In this document: one piece after another, positions 20,075 to 28,814 of the stretch
How the letters are laid out: each line of letters begins with the position of its first letter
How positions within the stretch are numbered: position 1 is the stretch's first letter
Assembly (NCBI GenBank): GCA_036675575.1
Contig: JAKFET010000049.1
Location: forward strand, 619-64,618
Source: Acidimicrobiaceae bacterium
Lineage (GTDB): Bacteria; Actinomycetota; Acidimicrobiia; Acidimicrobiales; Salinilacustritrichaceae
Direction of reading: 5' to 3'
Length of the DNA: 64,000 bases
Position numbers and translations under genes: made by a program
The notes under the pieces: generated by a model
Seen by the model: only the letters and a program-made list of their open reading frames with translations
Told to the model about the DNA's origin: nothing
The model's database searches: none

Positions 20075-20542
20075 CTAGGCGGCGCCCAGGCGGGCGCGGG
20101 CCGCGGCCGAGCGCTCGAGGAGGTGCGGCGGGATCGAGACGCCGTTGACCACGGGGGCCTCGCCCCCGAGCGCCTCCCCGCCGCCGCCGTCGGCAGCTGC
20201 CTCGGAGGTCTCCGTGCGGTCGAAGGCGCCGGACTCCAGCGCGTGACGGCGCTTCCCGACCATCTCGTCGTACTGCTTCGCCGGCACCAGGTGCTGGCGG
20301 TTGAGCGACCCGAGGCTCACGCCGTTCTCGAAGATGACGTGGTAGCGGATCCACTGGTCCCAGCCGTTGACCAGGACGACGCGACCACCGGTCCCCTCGG
20401 GCACGCCCGGCAGGGAGGTGAACGCCCGGACCTTCGACTTGCGCTTCAGCTCGCCGTCGTTGCCGATCTCTGCGGCGATGAGCGCCGGATCGATGTCAGG
20501 GGTCGCGGCGTCGGGGGCCACCTCGGGCTCGACCAGGGTCAT
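20075..20542 (-). CDS. hypothetical protein (155 aa)
   Basis: Clean ORF with high GC3. No recognisable motif. Convergent with the PcfJ-like gene, 1 nt apart. Confidence 0.55.
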   Translation of the reverse strand: MTLVEPEVAPDAATPDIDPALIAAEIGNDGELKRKSKVRAFTSLPGVPEGTGGRVVLVNGWDQWIRYHVIFENGVSLGSLNRQHLVPAKQYDEMVGKRRHALESGAFDRTETSEAAADGGGGEALGGEAPVVNGVSIPPHLLERSAAARARLGAA

Positions 20543-20591
20543 GGGCCCAATGCTGGCACGGGATGGCGCACCAGACGGAACTGCGGACCGC

Positions 20592-21752
20592 TCACCCCCG
20601 CCGGGCGTCGGCCCAGGTCTTGCCGACCTCGACGTCGACGTCGTGGGGCAGGCCGAGCACCCGCTCGGCCACGATGTTGCGCTGCACGTCGCCGGTGCCC
20701 CCGCCGACGGTCAGCGCGGGAGCGAACAGGTGGCCGAAGTGCCAGCCCCACAGGTCGGGGGACCCGCCGGCGCGCTGGTGCTCGAGCATGCCGTGGGCAC
20801 CCGCCAGGTCCTTGGCGAGCTCCATGATCCGCTGGCCGTGCTCGTCGGCGAGGATCTTGCGGATCGAGGCCTCGGGGCCGGGCTGCTCGCCCCGGATCCG
20901 GGCCGTGACCGTGCGCAGGCGGATGAGGCGCAGCAGCTCGGCCTCGATGTGCAGCTGGGCGAGGCGGTCCCGGAGCACGGGGTCGTCGCAGCCGCCGCCG
21001 CCCCGCACCTCGTCGAGCAGGTCCGACGCGGCCGGGCCCATGCCCCACAGCGCTCCGCCCGAGCTGAGCGAGACCCGCTCGTTGCCCAGGGTCACCTTGG
21101 CCAGCGACCAGCCGCCGTGGACCTCGCCGACCCGGTTGGCGTCAGGGATGCGCACGTCGGTGAGGAAGACCTCGTTGAAGGTGTGGCCGCCGGTCATCTC
21201 GATGATGGGGCGGATCTCGATGCCCTCGGCGTCCATCGGGCAGATGAAGTAGGTGATGCCCTGGTGCTTGGCCACGTCGGGGTCGGTGCGGGCGATCAGG
21301 ATGCCGAAGGCGGAGTGGTGGGCCAGCGAGGTCCAGATCTTCTGTCCGTTGACGACCCATTCGTCCCCGTCGCGCACCGCCCGGGTGCCCAGGTTGGCCA
21401 GGTCGGAGCCGGCCCCGGGCTCGGAGAACAGCTGGCACCAGATCTCCTCGCCGGCCAGGAGGGGGAACAGGTAGCGCTCCTTCTGCTCCTCGGTGCCGGC
21501 GTGGAGGATGGTGGGACCGGCCCAGCCGATGCCGATCTGGTTGGACGGGCGCTTCACGCCGGCGGCGGCGAGCTCCTCGTCGACGATGATCTGGTGGATG
21601 GGATCGGCGTCGAGGCCCCACGGCTCGGGCCAGTGCGGGGCGACGTAGCCGGCCTCGGCGAGCTCGCGCCCCGTGGGCTGGGGGTTCGCGGCCAGCCACG
21701 CCCGGACGGCGAGTCGGCGGGGGTCGTCGGAGGGTGGGAAGTCGAAGTCCAC
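20592..21752 (-). CDS. acyl-CoA dehydrogenase
   Basis: 386-aa ORF. CQLFSEPGAGSDLANL...DGDEWVVNGQKIWTS plus C-terminal GGTGDVQRNIVAERVLGLP are typical of FadE-type ACADs. Confidence 0.9.
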   Translation of the reverse strand: MDFDFPPSDDPRRLAVRAWLAANPQPTGRELAEAGYVAPHWPEPWGLDADPIHQIIVDEELAAAGVKRPSNQIGIGWAGPTILHAGTEEQKERYLFPLLAGEEIWCQLFSEPGAGSDLANLGTRAVRDGDEWVVNGQKIWTSLAHHSAFGILIARTDPDVAKHQGITYFICPMDAEGIEIRPIIEMTGGHTFNEVFLTDVRIPDANRVGEVHGGWSLAKVTLGNERVSLSSGGALWGMGPAASDLLDEVRGGGGCDDPVLRDRLAQLHIEAELLRLIRLRTVTARIRGEQPGPEASIRKILADEHGQRIMELAKDLAGAHGMLEHQRAGGSPDLWGWHFGHLFAPALTVGGGTGDVQRNIVAERVLGLPHDVDVEVGKTWADARRG

Positions 21753-21922
21753 GACGGCACACTAGGACCGGCCCTCGACCCGACATCTGGTCCGGTTTTC
21801 TTCCCCGAAGCGAAGCATTTCGGGTTAGCATCGGAAGTCGGGCTTGTGCCGGTGTCAATCACCGGATTCCACTTCGGTGTCCCCGAACGCAGTCGCCCCG
21901 CTCCTTGGAGGTCCTCGTTTCC

Positions 21923-22864
21923 GTGAGTCCCGCAGCACGCGCCACACGCTCAGGTGAGTCCGACGAGGACATCGTCCGGCTGTACCTGAACGACATCGGG
22001 CGCCACGCTCTGCTCACCAAGGAGGACGAGGCCCGCCTCGGCGCTCTGGTGCAGGCCGGGGTCGAGGCTCGCGAGCGCCTCGCCGCCGACGACGACCTCT
22101 CCCCCTCCGAGAAGGCCAAGATGCGCCGCCAGGTGCGCGCCGGCGACCGGGCCACCGAGCAGTTCGTCAACGCGAACCTGCGCCTCGTGGTCTCGATCGC
22201 CAAGAAGTACCACCGCACCGAGCTGCCGCTGCTGGACCTCATCCAGGAGGGCAACCTCGGCCTGATCCACGCGGTGGAGAAGTTCGACCACCGCAAGGGC
22301 TTCAAGTTCTCCACCTACGCCACGTGGTGGATCCGCCAGGCGATCACCCGCGGCGTGGCCAACACCGCCCGCACCATCCGCCTCCCGGTGCACGCCCACG
22401 ACCTGCTCAAGCAGATCGACAAGGCCCGCGGCATGCTCGAGTCCAAGCTCGGCCGCCCGCCGACGCTGGACGAGCTCTCCGTCGAGGTCGGCCACCCGCC
22501 GGCCAAGATCGAGGAGATCCTGGCCTCGGCCCGCATCGCCAAGTCCCTCGACGACGGCCTCTCCGACGACGGCGACATGACGCTCGGCGACCTGGCCGCC
22601 GTGGCCGAGGACGACCCCGAGGGCGACGCCGTCACCGAGGCCACCCGCGGCGACGTGCTGGCCGGCCTCAAGGGCCTCGACGAGCGCGAGCAGCGCATCC
22701 TGATCCTGCGCTACGGCCTCGACGGCCACGAGCCCCGCACCCTCGACGAGGTCGGTCGCCACTTCGACCTCACCCGGGAGCGGATCCGCCAGATCGAGGC
22801 TCGGGCCATGAGCAAGCTGCGCCACCCGGCCAACGCCGGCATCCTCGCCGACCTGGCCAGCTGA
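21923..22864 (+). CDS. RNA polymerase sigma-70 family factor, principal-like (group 2, SigB-like)
   Basis: ORF trimmed to GTG 21923 (GGAG at 21907-21910). Region 2 is DLIQEGNLGLIHAVEKFD...FSTYATWWIRQAITR. Region 4 is LDEVGRHFDLTRERIRQIEARAMSKLR. No long region 1.1. Confidence 0.9.
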   Translation: MSPAARATRSGESDEDIVRLYLNDIGRHALLTKEDEARLGALVQAGVEARERLAADDDLSPSEKAKMRRQVRAGDRATEQFVNANLRLVVSIAKKYHRTELPLLDLIQEGNLGLIHAVEKFDHRKGFKFSTYATWWIRQAITRGVANTARTIRLPVHAHDLLKQIDKARGMLESKLGRPPTLDELSVEVGHPPAKIEEILASARIAKSLDDGLSDDGDMTLGDLAAVAEDDPEGDAVTEATRGDVLAGLKGLDEREQRILILRYGLDGHEPRTLDEVGRHFDLTRERIRQIEARAMSKLRHPANAGILADLAS

Positions 22865-22883
22865 CGCGCCCCCAGCTCTGAAC

Positions 22884-22909
22884 GGTGCCCCGGCCTCGGC
22901 CGGGGCACC
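22884..22909 (+). terminator. perfect 12-bp GC hairpin after the sigma factor gene
   Basis: GGTGCCCCGGCC-tc-GGCCGGGGCACC, 20 nt after the TGA. No U-tract, which is common in high-GC actinobacteria. Confidence 0.6.
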
Positions 22910-22960
22910 GTCGCGTCCGGGCCGCCGTCGAAGGCAGGTGCCACGCCGGTCCGCACCGAA

Positions 22961-23037
22961 CCTGGTGGGACGAGCGCGCCGATCGGTCCGTTCGTTCCCC
23001 TGGGTGGAACGAGCGCGCCGATCGGTCCGTTCGTTCC
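22961..23037 (+). repeat. tandem direct repeat, 2 units of 38 and 39 bp, each an internal palindrome
   Basis: Unit 1 is CCTGGTGGGACGAGCGCGCCGATCGGTCCGTTCGTTCC. Unit 2 is CCTGGGTGGAACGAGCGCGCCGATCGGTCCGTTCGTTCC. Unit 2 contains GGAACGA-N18-TCGTTCC. The array ends 17 nt upstream of the PLC-like gene start. Confidence 0.9.
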
Positions 23038-23053
23038 GACGGGCAGGACGGGA

Positions 23054-24823
23054 GTGGACGTGCACGGTCAACGGACGAAGTCGTTGCTGGGAGGGATCGT
23101 CGCTGTGGCGGCACTGGCGCTGCTGCCCGTGGTCGTCGCTGCGCCCGCCGGCGCCCAGTCCCTCGCCGACGCTGTCGAGGCGTGCGACCCGCTCACCGCC
23201 GTGCCCGAGGTCGGTCCCCGTGCCTGCGGCGGGCTGGAACGGGGGACGTGGCTCGCGGCCCAGCACTGCCGGCGGGTGCCGGAGGCACAGGAGCCGGTCT
23301 GCCCGTCCATCGACGGGCGCCCGGTGCACGAGTCGGCCATGCAGGCCTACGCGCAGGGCTGGGTGGCCCGGGCCCTCGACCTGCAGCGCGAGCTCGACCT
23401 GGACGTGCCGCTGACCGAGTCGCTGATCCCGCACACGCACAACTCGGGGAACTCGACCGCCTACGACCCGTCGGTCACGATCAACGACGCCAACCAGGTC
23501 GTGTCGGTGACCGACCAGCTCCGGCTCGGGATCCGCGGCATCGAGCTCGACCTCCACTGGACCCCCAACCCGGCCGGTGACCCGGCGCAGGGCTTCCGCG
23601 CCGTCGTGCAGTGCCACGGCCAGTCGGCGGCGACGCCGGTCGGGTCCGTCCACCCCGGCTGCTCGGTGGACCGCACCTTCGACGCCCACCTGGCCGAGCT
23701 GGCCGCCTGGTTCGACCGGCCGGAGGCCCACGGCGAGCTCGTGCTGCTCTACCTGGAGAACCAGCTCGACGGGGACGAAGCCGCCCACGCCTCCGCAGTC
23801 GAGTCGCTCGAGCGCCACCTGGGCGACCTGCTCCACCGCCCCGTCGCCGGTGGCGGCTGCCAGGACCTCCCGGTCACCCGGACCAAGCGGGAGATCCTCG
23901 CCACCGGCGCACGGGTGCTGCTCACCGGCAACTGCGGCCCGGGCGGGTGGGACGACCTCGTGTTCCAGCGGGGTGCGGCGTGGGACGAGAGCGGGTCCAG
24001 CACCGACTACCTGGCCGGCTCCACGTGCGACGCCGAGCGAGAGGCCGGCGACTACGCCACCACGTTCGTCCGGCGCTACGAGGACTCGACCTTCGTGTCC
24101 CTGATGGCCAACGGCGGGTCGCACATCTCCCCCGCCGTCGCGGCGGACATGGTGCGCTGCGGCGTGAACCTGCCGGGCTTCGACCAGCTGCACCCCGGGG
24201 ATGCGCGCCTGCCGTCCCTCGTTTGGAGCTGGCGGGCCGGTGCAGACCCGGACGATCCCGGTGCGGCCTGCGCCGCCCAGGGCGACGACGGGCGGTTCGG
24301 TGCCCTCCCCTGCGGGTCGGTCCTGCCGGTGGCGTGCCGCACCGCCGCGGGCGAGTGGGTGCCCTCGACCCAGCGGGTCGCGTGGGCGGACGGCGACCTG
24401 GCGTGCCAGGCCGACGGCCACCCGTCGGCCGGCGTGCCGGCGAACGGCTGGGACAACGAGCTCCTGCGCCGGGCGACGGACGGGCTCGGCGACGTGTGGT
24501 TGGCCTACGGCCGCCAGCCTCGGCGCGAGGGCGGCGAGCGGTGGGCCGTCGGCATCCCGGCACAGGCTCCCGACGATGGCGATGGCGGCGGCGGCGGCCG
24601 CCGCCCCGACCACGCCGGGCGACCCGACGACGCCGGCCCGCCCCCGTCGTCCGGCGCTCCCGGTGGCAGGCCCGGACACGCCGCTCCGGCTGCGCTGGCC
24701 GCGACCCCCACCTCGACCTGGCGCGACCTCGGTGCCGACCCGTCGACGCTCGTCGCGGGTGCCCTGCTGCTCGTTGCCGTCAGCGGCGTGGGCATCCGAC
24801 GGCGGCGGGGCGACGTCGGCTGA
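23054..24823 (+). CDS. secreted PLC-like phosphodiesterase (PI-PLC X-type TIM barrel) with C-type-lectin-like module and C-terminal membrane anchor
   Basis: 589-aa ORF with signal peptide (AVAALALLPVVVAAPAGAQS). The PHTHNSGNS...GIRGIELDLHW pattern is a PLC-like phosphodiesterase pattern. VWSWRAG...CAAQGDDGRFGALPCGSVLPVACR is CTLD-like. A Gly/Pro-rich linker is followed by the hydrophobic tail LVAGALLLVAVSGVGIRRRRG. Confidence 0.6.
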   Translation: MDVHGQRTKSLLGGIVAVAALALLPVVVAAPAGAQSLADAVEACDPLTAVPEVGPRACGGLERGTWLAAQHCRRVPEAQEPVCPSIDGRPVHESAMQAYAQGWVARALDLQRELDLDVPLTESLIPHTHNSGNSTAYDPSVTINDANQVVSVTDQLRLGIRGIELDLHWTPNPAGDPAQGFRAVVQCHGQSAATPVGSVHPGCSVDRTFDAHLAELAAWFDRPEAHGELVLLYLENQLDGDEAAHASAVESLERHLGDLLHRPVAGGGCQDLPVTRTKREILATGARVLLTGNCGPGGWDDLVFQRGAAWDESGSSTDYLAGSTCDAEREAGDYATTFVRRYEDSTFVSLMANGGSHISPAVAADMVRCGVNLPGFDQLHPGDARLPSLVWSWRAGADPDDPGAACAAQGDDGRFGALPCGSVLPVACRTAAGEWVPSTQRVAWADGDLACQADGHPSAGVPANGWDNELLRRATDGLGDVWLAYGRQPRREGGERWAVGIPAQAPDDGDGGGGGRRPDHAGRPDDAGPPPSSGAPGGRPGHAAPAALAATPTSTWRDLGADPSTLVAGALLLVAVSGVGIRRRRGDVG

Positions 24824-24829
24824 CGGCCC

Positions 24830-26113
24830 TCAGGTCGCCGCAGACCGGGCGACCGGTGCCGCCGCCTCCGGATGCGGCGCCTCGTACCGGACGAACCCCG
24901 GCAGCGCACGGGCCAGGAGGAGCATCACCACCACGCACCCGACGCCGCCGGAGACGATGGCGAACGGCACGGAGGTGAGCGAGGCGACCACGCCCGCCTC
25001 GAGCTCGCCGAGGCGCGGGCCACCCGTCCACACGGCCATGCCCACCCCCTCCATCCGCCCGACCAGCTCGGGTGGGCTGGCCAGCTGCAGGATCGCCTGC
25101 CTCGAGATGCCCGAGACCATGTCGGCAGCACCGCCGACGGCGAGTGCGAGCAGGCTCAGCACCGCGCCGTCGACCAGACCGAAGACGGCCATGGCGATGC
25201 CCCAGGCCACGATGCTCGCCGTCACGACCATCCCGTGTCGGGTCACCCGGCGGGCCCAGCCGCTCGCCAGGCTGGCCACCAGCGACCCGGCGAAGGGCGC
25301 CGCGTAGAGCAATCCCAGCAGCTCGGGCTGGTCGGGGAAGCGGGTCGCCGCCACGGCGGGGAACAGCGCGACCGGCAGGCCCAGCACCATCGCGTTGAGG
25401 TCGGATGCGAAGGACCCCAAGAGCGCGGGCTGACGGCGCAGGTGGCGGAGCCCGTCGAGGACCAGCCCGAACGTCGGGTGACCGCCGACGATCTCGGGCC
25501 GGAGCGGGCGCATCCGGGCGATGACGACCGCAGCGATGACGAAGGTCGAGGCGTCGACCGCGTACGCCCAGGTCGTCCCGGCCGTGGCGAGCACCACGCC
25601 GGCGACGGCCGGCCCGGCAACGTGCGCGGTGCTGCCCGACACCGCCTTCAGCGCCATCGCGGAGGCGACGTGGGCCCGCCCGACCACCCGGATCACCGAG
25701 GCCCGCTCCGCCGGGGCACCGAGCGCGAAGGCGCAGACGTCGACGGCGCCACAGACGTAGATCGCCACCAGGTTGGGTTCGGCCAGGGTCGAGTTCAGGA
25801 GCAGGCCGGTGGTGCCGACCAGGCCGAGCAGCTGGCACCCGACGATCCAGCGCCGCCGCTCGACCTTGTCGGCCATGGCGCCCCCGACCAGGTTGAGCAC
25901 CAGCAGCGGCACGAGCGTCACCGCACCGAACAGGCCGATGGCCAGCGTGGACCCGGTGAGGTCGTAGAGCTGGTACGGCACGGCGACCGTCGTGAAGGCG
26001 CTGCCGAGCTGGCCGACTGCGGTGCCGGCGTACAGGAACCGGAAGTCGCGCGACGCCCGCAGCGGCGTCACGTCGATCGCCACGGCCGCCAGCCGCTGTC
26101 GCAGTCCCCGCAC
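24830..26113 (-). CDS. MFS transporter
   Basis: 427-aa ORF with ~12 hydrophobic segments. N-terminus FRFLYAGTAVGQLGSAF...GGAMADKVERRR is typical of the MFS (EntS-like) family. Confidence 0.85.
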   Translation of the reverse strand: MRGLRQRLAAVAIDVTPLRASRDFRFLYAGTAVGQLGSAFTTVAVPYQLYDLTGSTLAIGLFGAVTLVPLLVLNLVGGAMADKVERRRWIVGCQLLGLVGTTGLLLNSTLAEPNLVAIYVCGAVDVCAFALGAPAERASVIRVVGRAHVASAMALKAVSGSTAHVAGPAVAGVVLATAGTTWAYAVDASTFVIAAVVIARMRPLRPEIVGGHPTFGLVLDGLRHLRRQPALLGSFASDLNAMVLGLPVALFPAVAATRFPDQPELLGLLYAAPFAGSLVASLASGWARRVTRHGMVVTASIVAWGIAMAVFGLVDGAVLSLLALAVGGAADMVSGISRQAILQLASPPELVGRMEGVGMAVWTGGPRLGELEAGVVASLTSVPFAIVSGGVGCVVVMLLLARALPGFVRYEAPHPEAAAPVARSAAT

Positions 26114-26128
26114 GGCGCCAGTGTGCTC

Positions 26129-26146
26129 GGCCGGGTCTGCCCGGCC
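26129..26146 (-). terminator. hairpin between sulfotransferase and MFS genes
   Basis: GGCCGGG-tctg-CCCGGCC, 25 nt after the sulfotransferase stop. Confidence 0.35.
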
Positions 26147-26171
26147 GGCACGCGATCTCAGGCGGCGGCGG

Positions 26172-27071
26172 TCAGGGCCGGTGCAGCCAGGACAGCAGCT
26201 CCTCGTCCGCGAGGAGATCGCCGACGGCCTGCTGGTACCGGTCGGCGTCGTCCTCGCCGATGAGCTCCCGCCACTGTCCGGACGTGCCCCGGTGGAAGAA
26301 CGCCGGCTGGTCGAGCCAGATCTGTCCGGCGTTCGGGACGAGCACGTCCGCCCGCGCCTTCATGGAGGAGAAGGACGCGGCCTCCACCAGCTCCGGCCAG
26401 CGCTCCTCCGCCGCGTCGATGTCGAGCCGCTCCGCGATCCGTCGCATCTCGCCCTCCAGATCCTGCTGCAGGTCCGCGTAGTGGACGAGCACGACGTTGG
26501 GGTCGAGCCGGCGCTCCCATGCCGCTGCAGCGTGGCGGGCGTACAGCTCGAAGCCCGACGCGAACTCGGGCGCGGGTGCTCGAGCGGTCATGTACGACCA
26601 GAAGCGGTCCTGGGGGTCTTCCAGCGGGGGCGCCATGGGCGGCAGCTCGGCGAGGTCGTCCATCCCGTGGACCTCGGCGCGCAGGGCCACCAGTCGCTCG
26701 AAGTCCATGTTGTGCGCATGGTGGTCCCAGGAGACCGCGGCGTCCCGGGGATCACGGAGGACGACCACGTAGGTGATCTCCTCGCTCCACGGCAGCCCGT
26801 CGATCGGCGTGTGCGACTTGATGAAGCGACGGTGCTCCATGGCGTCGAGATCGCCGAGCACCTCGTCCAACGGCCGGATGACCTGGTCGAGCCACGGCGA
26901 GAGGTGGGCGACGGGCCGGTCGAAGGTGCTCGTACCGAGGACCAGCATGGCCACGATGTTCTGCGTCCAGGTGGTGCCGCACTTCGGTGGCGTCGTGATG
27001 ACGATGTCGCCCGGGCGGTGCCGGAACCCCGCCCAGCGATCGCTGTCGTAGATGAAGCTGCGGTAGCGCAT
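26172..27071 (-). CDS. PAPS-dependent sulfotransferase (cytosolic Sulfotransfer_1-type; actinobacterial Stf-like)
   Basis: 299-aa ORF with the 5'-phosphosulfate-binding loop TPPKCGTTW and the 3'-phosphate-binding RDPRDAAVS motif. Confidence 0.8.
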   Translation of the reverse strand: MRYRSFIYDSDRWAGFRHRPGDIVITTPPKCGTTWTQNIVAMLVLGTSTFDRPVAHLSPWLDQVIRPLDEVLGDLDAMEHRRFIKSHTPIDGLPWSEEITYVVVLRDPRDAAVSWDHHAHNMDFERLVALRAEVHGMDDLAELPPMAPPLEDPQDRFWSYMTARAPAPEFASGFELYARHAAAAWERRLDPNVVLVHYADLQQDLEGEMRRIAERLDIDAAEERWPELVEAASFSSMKARADVLVPNAGQIWLDQPAFFHRGTSGQWRELIGEDDADRYQQAVGDLLADEELLSWLHRP

Positions 27072-27176
27072 GGGGCCTCCCCCGGCGGCCCCCGAGGGGC
27101 GTCGGACCCGACGCTACGCCTCCCTCTGCGATGCGGCCGTGAGGAATCCGTGCGGCGGCCTCCCTACGATCCACCC

Positions 27177-28814
27177 ATGCCCGGATGGAACTTCGCCGAC
27201 GCCTGGGAGACGGTCGCCGAGACCCTCCCCGAGGCTCCCGCCCTCCTGCACGGCGACGTCGAGCGCTCGTGGGGCGACTTCGACGCCCGGGCCGACGGCG
27301 TCGCCGCAGCCCTCCTGGCCGCCGGCGTCACCGAGGGCACGAGCGTCGCCCAGTACCTGACCAACCGGCCCGAGTACCTCGAGGCGGTGTTCGCCGCCTT
27401 CAAGCTCGGCCTCGCCCCGGTCAACACGAACTACCGCTACGTGGAGGACGAGCTCCTCTACCTGTGGGACAACGCCGACACGTCCGCCGTGGTGTTCGAG
27501 GGCCAGTTCACCGACCGGGTCGAGCACATCCGCCACCGGGTGCCCGGCGTCCTGGCCTGGCTCTGGGTCGACGACGGGCACGGCGACTGCCCGGCGTGGG
27601 CCACCCCGTTCGAGGCTGCGGCCACGAGCGGCGCGCGCCGCACCGGGTCGCCGTGGGGTCGCTCGGGCGACTCGCTGTACCTGCTCTACACGGGCGGCAC
27701 CACCGGCATGCCGAAGGGCGTGATGTGGCGCAACGACGACCTGCTGCTCGTGCTGAACGACGGCGCGCCCCGTGCTCGCAAGCTGCCCGAGGACGTCGAC
27801 CTCGATCACCTGCGTCAGGCGGTGGCGACCCCAGGGATCCGCACCCTGCCGGCGTGCCCGCTGATGCACGGCACCGGGGCGTTCAACGCGTTCACCGCGC
27901 TCACCGTCGGCGGCTCGGTGGTCACCCTCACCAAGCCCAGCTTCGACCCGGTCGAGCTGCTCGACGCGGTGCAGGACAACCAGGTCAACAACACCGCCAT
28001 CGTGGGCGACGCCTTCGCCCGACCCATCCTCGCCGCCCTCGACGCCGAGCCCGACCGCTGGGACATCTCCTCGCTCAAGGTCGTGGTGTCGTCCGGGGTG
28101 ATGTGGAGCCAGGCCAGCAAGGACGGCCTGCTGCGCCACAACCCCCGCATGCTCCTCGTCGACACGCTCGGCTCCTCGGAGGCCATCGGCATGGCCAGCT
28201 CGGTGTCGAGCGGGTCGGCCGACGCCGGCGGCTCGGCCCGCACCGCGACGTTCACGCTCGGCCCGTCCACCAAGGTCATCGCCGACGACGGCACCGAGGT
28301 CCACCCCGGCGACGACGCCATCGGCAAGATCGCCATCAAGGGCCGCACCCCGGTCGGCTACTACAAGGACCCGGTCAAGTCGGCCGAGACGTTCGTGCGC
28401 ATCGGCGACGACACGTACTCCATGCCCGGCGACTACGCCCGGGTGGAGGCCGACGGCACCCTCGTCCTGCTGGGGCGCGGCTCGGTGTGCATCAACACGG
28501 GCGGCGAGAAGGTCTTCCCCGAGGAGGTCGAGGAGGCGTTGAAGGAGCACGCCGACGTGCGCGACGCCGTCGTCGTCGGCCTGCCCGACGAGCGCTTCGG
28601 CCAGGCCATCACCGCCGTCGTCGAGGCCGTCCCGGGCACGTCGCCCGCCCCGGACGACCTCATCGCCACGGTGAAGGCCCACCACGCCGCCTACAAGGCG
28701 CCGAAGCGCATCGTGTTCGTCGACTCCCTCGCCCGGGCCGCCAACGGCAAGGTCGACTACAAGCGCTGGACCCTGCACGCCGCCGACGAGCTCGGCATCG
28801 ACCTCCCGACCTGA
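27177..28814 (+). CDS. acyl-CoA synthetase / AMP-dependent ligase (FadD-like)
   Basis: ORF 25992-28814 trimmed to ATG 27177 (MPGWNFADAWE...). AMP-binding motif LYTGGTTGMPKGV. C-terminal GEKVFPEEVE and ...NGKVDYK. Confidence 0.9.
   Translation: MPGWNFADAWETVAETLPEAPALLHGDVERSWGDFDARADGVAAALLAAGVTEGTSVAQYLTNRPEYLEAVFAAFKLGLAPVNTNYRYVEDELLYLWDNADTSAVVFEGQFTDRVEHIRHRVPGVLAWLWVDDGHGDCPAWATPFEAAATSGARRTGSPWGRSGDSLYLLYTGGTTGMPKGVMWRNDDLLLVLNDGAPRARKLPEDVDLDHLRQAVATPGIRTLPACPLMHGTGAFNAFTALTVGGSVVTLTKPSFDPVELLDAVQDNQVNNTAIVGDAFARPILAALDAEPDRWDISSLKVVVSSGVMWSQASKDGLLRHNPRMLLVDTLGSSEAIGMASSVSSGSADAGGSARTATFTLGPSTKVIADDGTEVHPGDDAIGKIAIKGRTPVGYYKDPVKSAETFVRIGDDTYSMPGDYARVEADGTLVLLGRGSVCINTGGEKVFPEEVEEALKEHADVRDAVVVGLPDERFGQAITAVVEAVPGTSPAPDDLIATVKAHHAAYKAPKRIVFVDSLARAANGKVDYKRWTLHAADELGIDLPT

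Noticed and set aside
21793-21830. SigF-type promoter (GGTTT...GGGTTA) upstream of the sigma factor gene.
   Set aside because: The spacer between the two elements is 23 nt, well outside the ~14-18 nt expected. It is not supported.
22985-23037. PhoP-type PHO boxes within the tandem repeat (GGTCCGTTCGT), considered because phospholipase genes are often phosphate-regulated.
   Set aside because: Only about 6 of 11 positions fit the G(G/T)TCAYYYR(G/C)G unit as I remember it. The match is too weak to claim.
21950-24679. Very long alternative-frame or antisense ORFs in the track. Examples are 21950-24679(-), 45492-48731(-), 27114-29576(-), 17628-19889(-), 157-1665(+), 43686-44280-type frames and 31653-33575(-).
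   Set aside because: Their translations are Arg/Pro/Gly/Ala-rich and low in complexity, and they carry no motifs. They overlap well-supported genes in another frame. This is the expected artefact of stop-codon scarcity in very GC-rich DNA.
24680-24823. Sortase (LPXTG/LAXTG) cell-wall sorting signal at the C-terminus of the PLC-like protein.
   Set aside because: The hydrophobic helix and the RRRRG tail are present, but no LPXTG or LAXTG pentapeptide precedes them (only LAATP). I call it a membrane anchor only.
27099-27114. Palindrome GCGTCGG-ac-CCGACGC in the sulfotransferase/fadD divergent region.
   Set aside because: Short GC-only palindromes of this size are expected by chance in this composition, and I saw no second copy.
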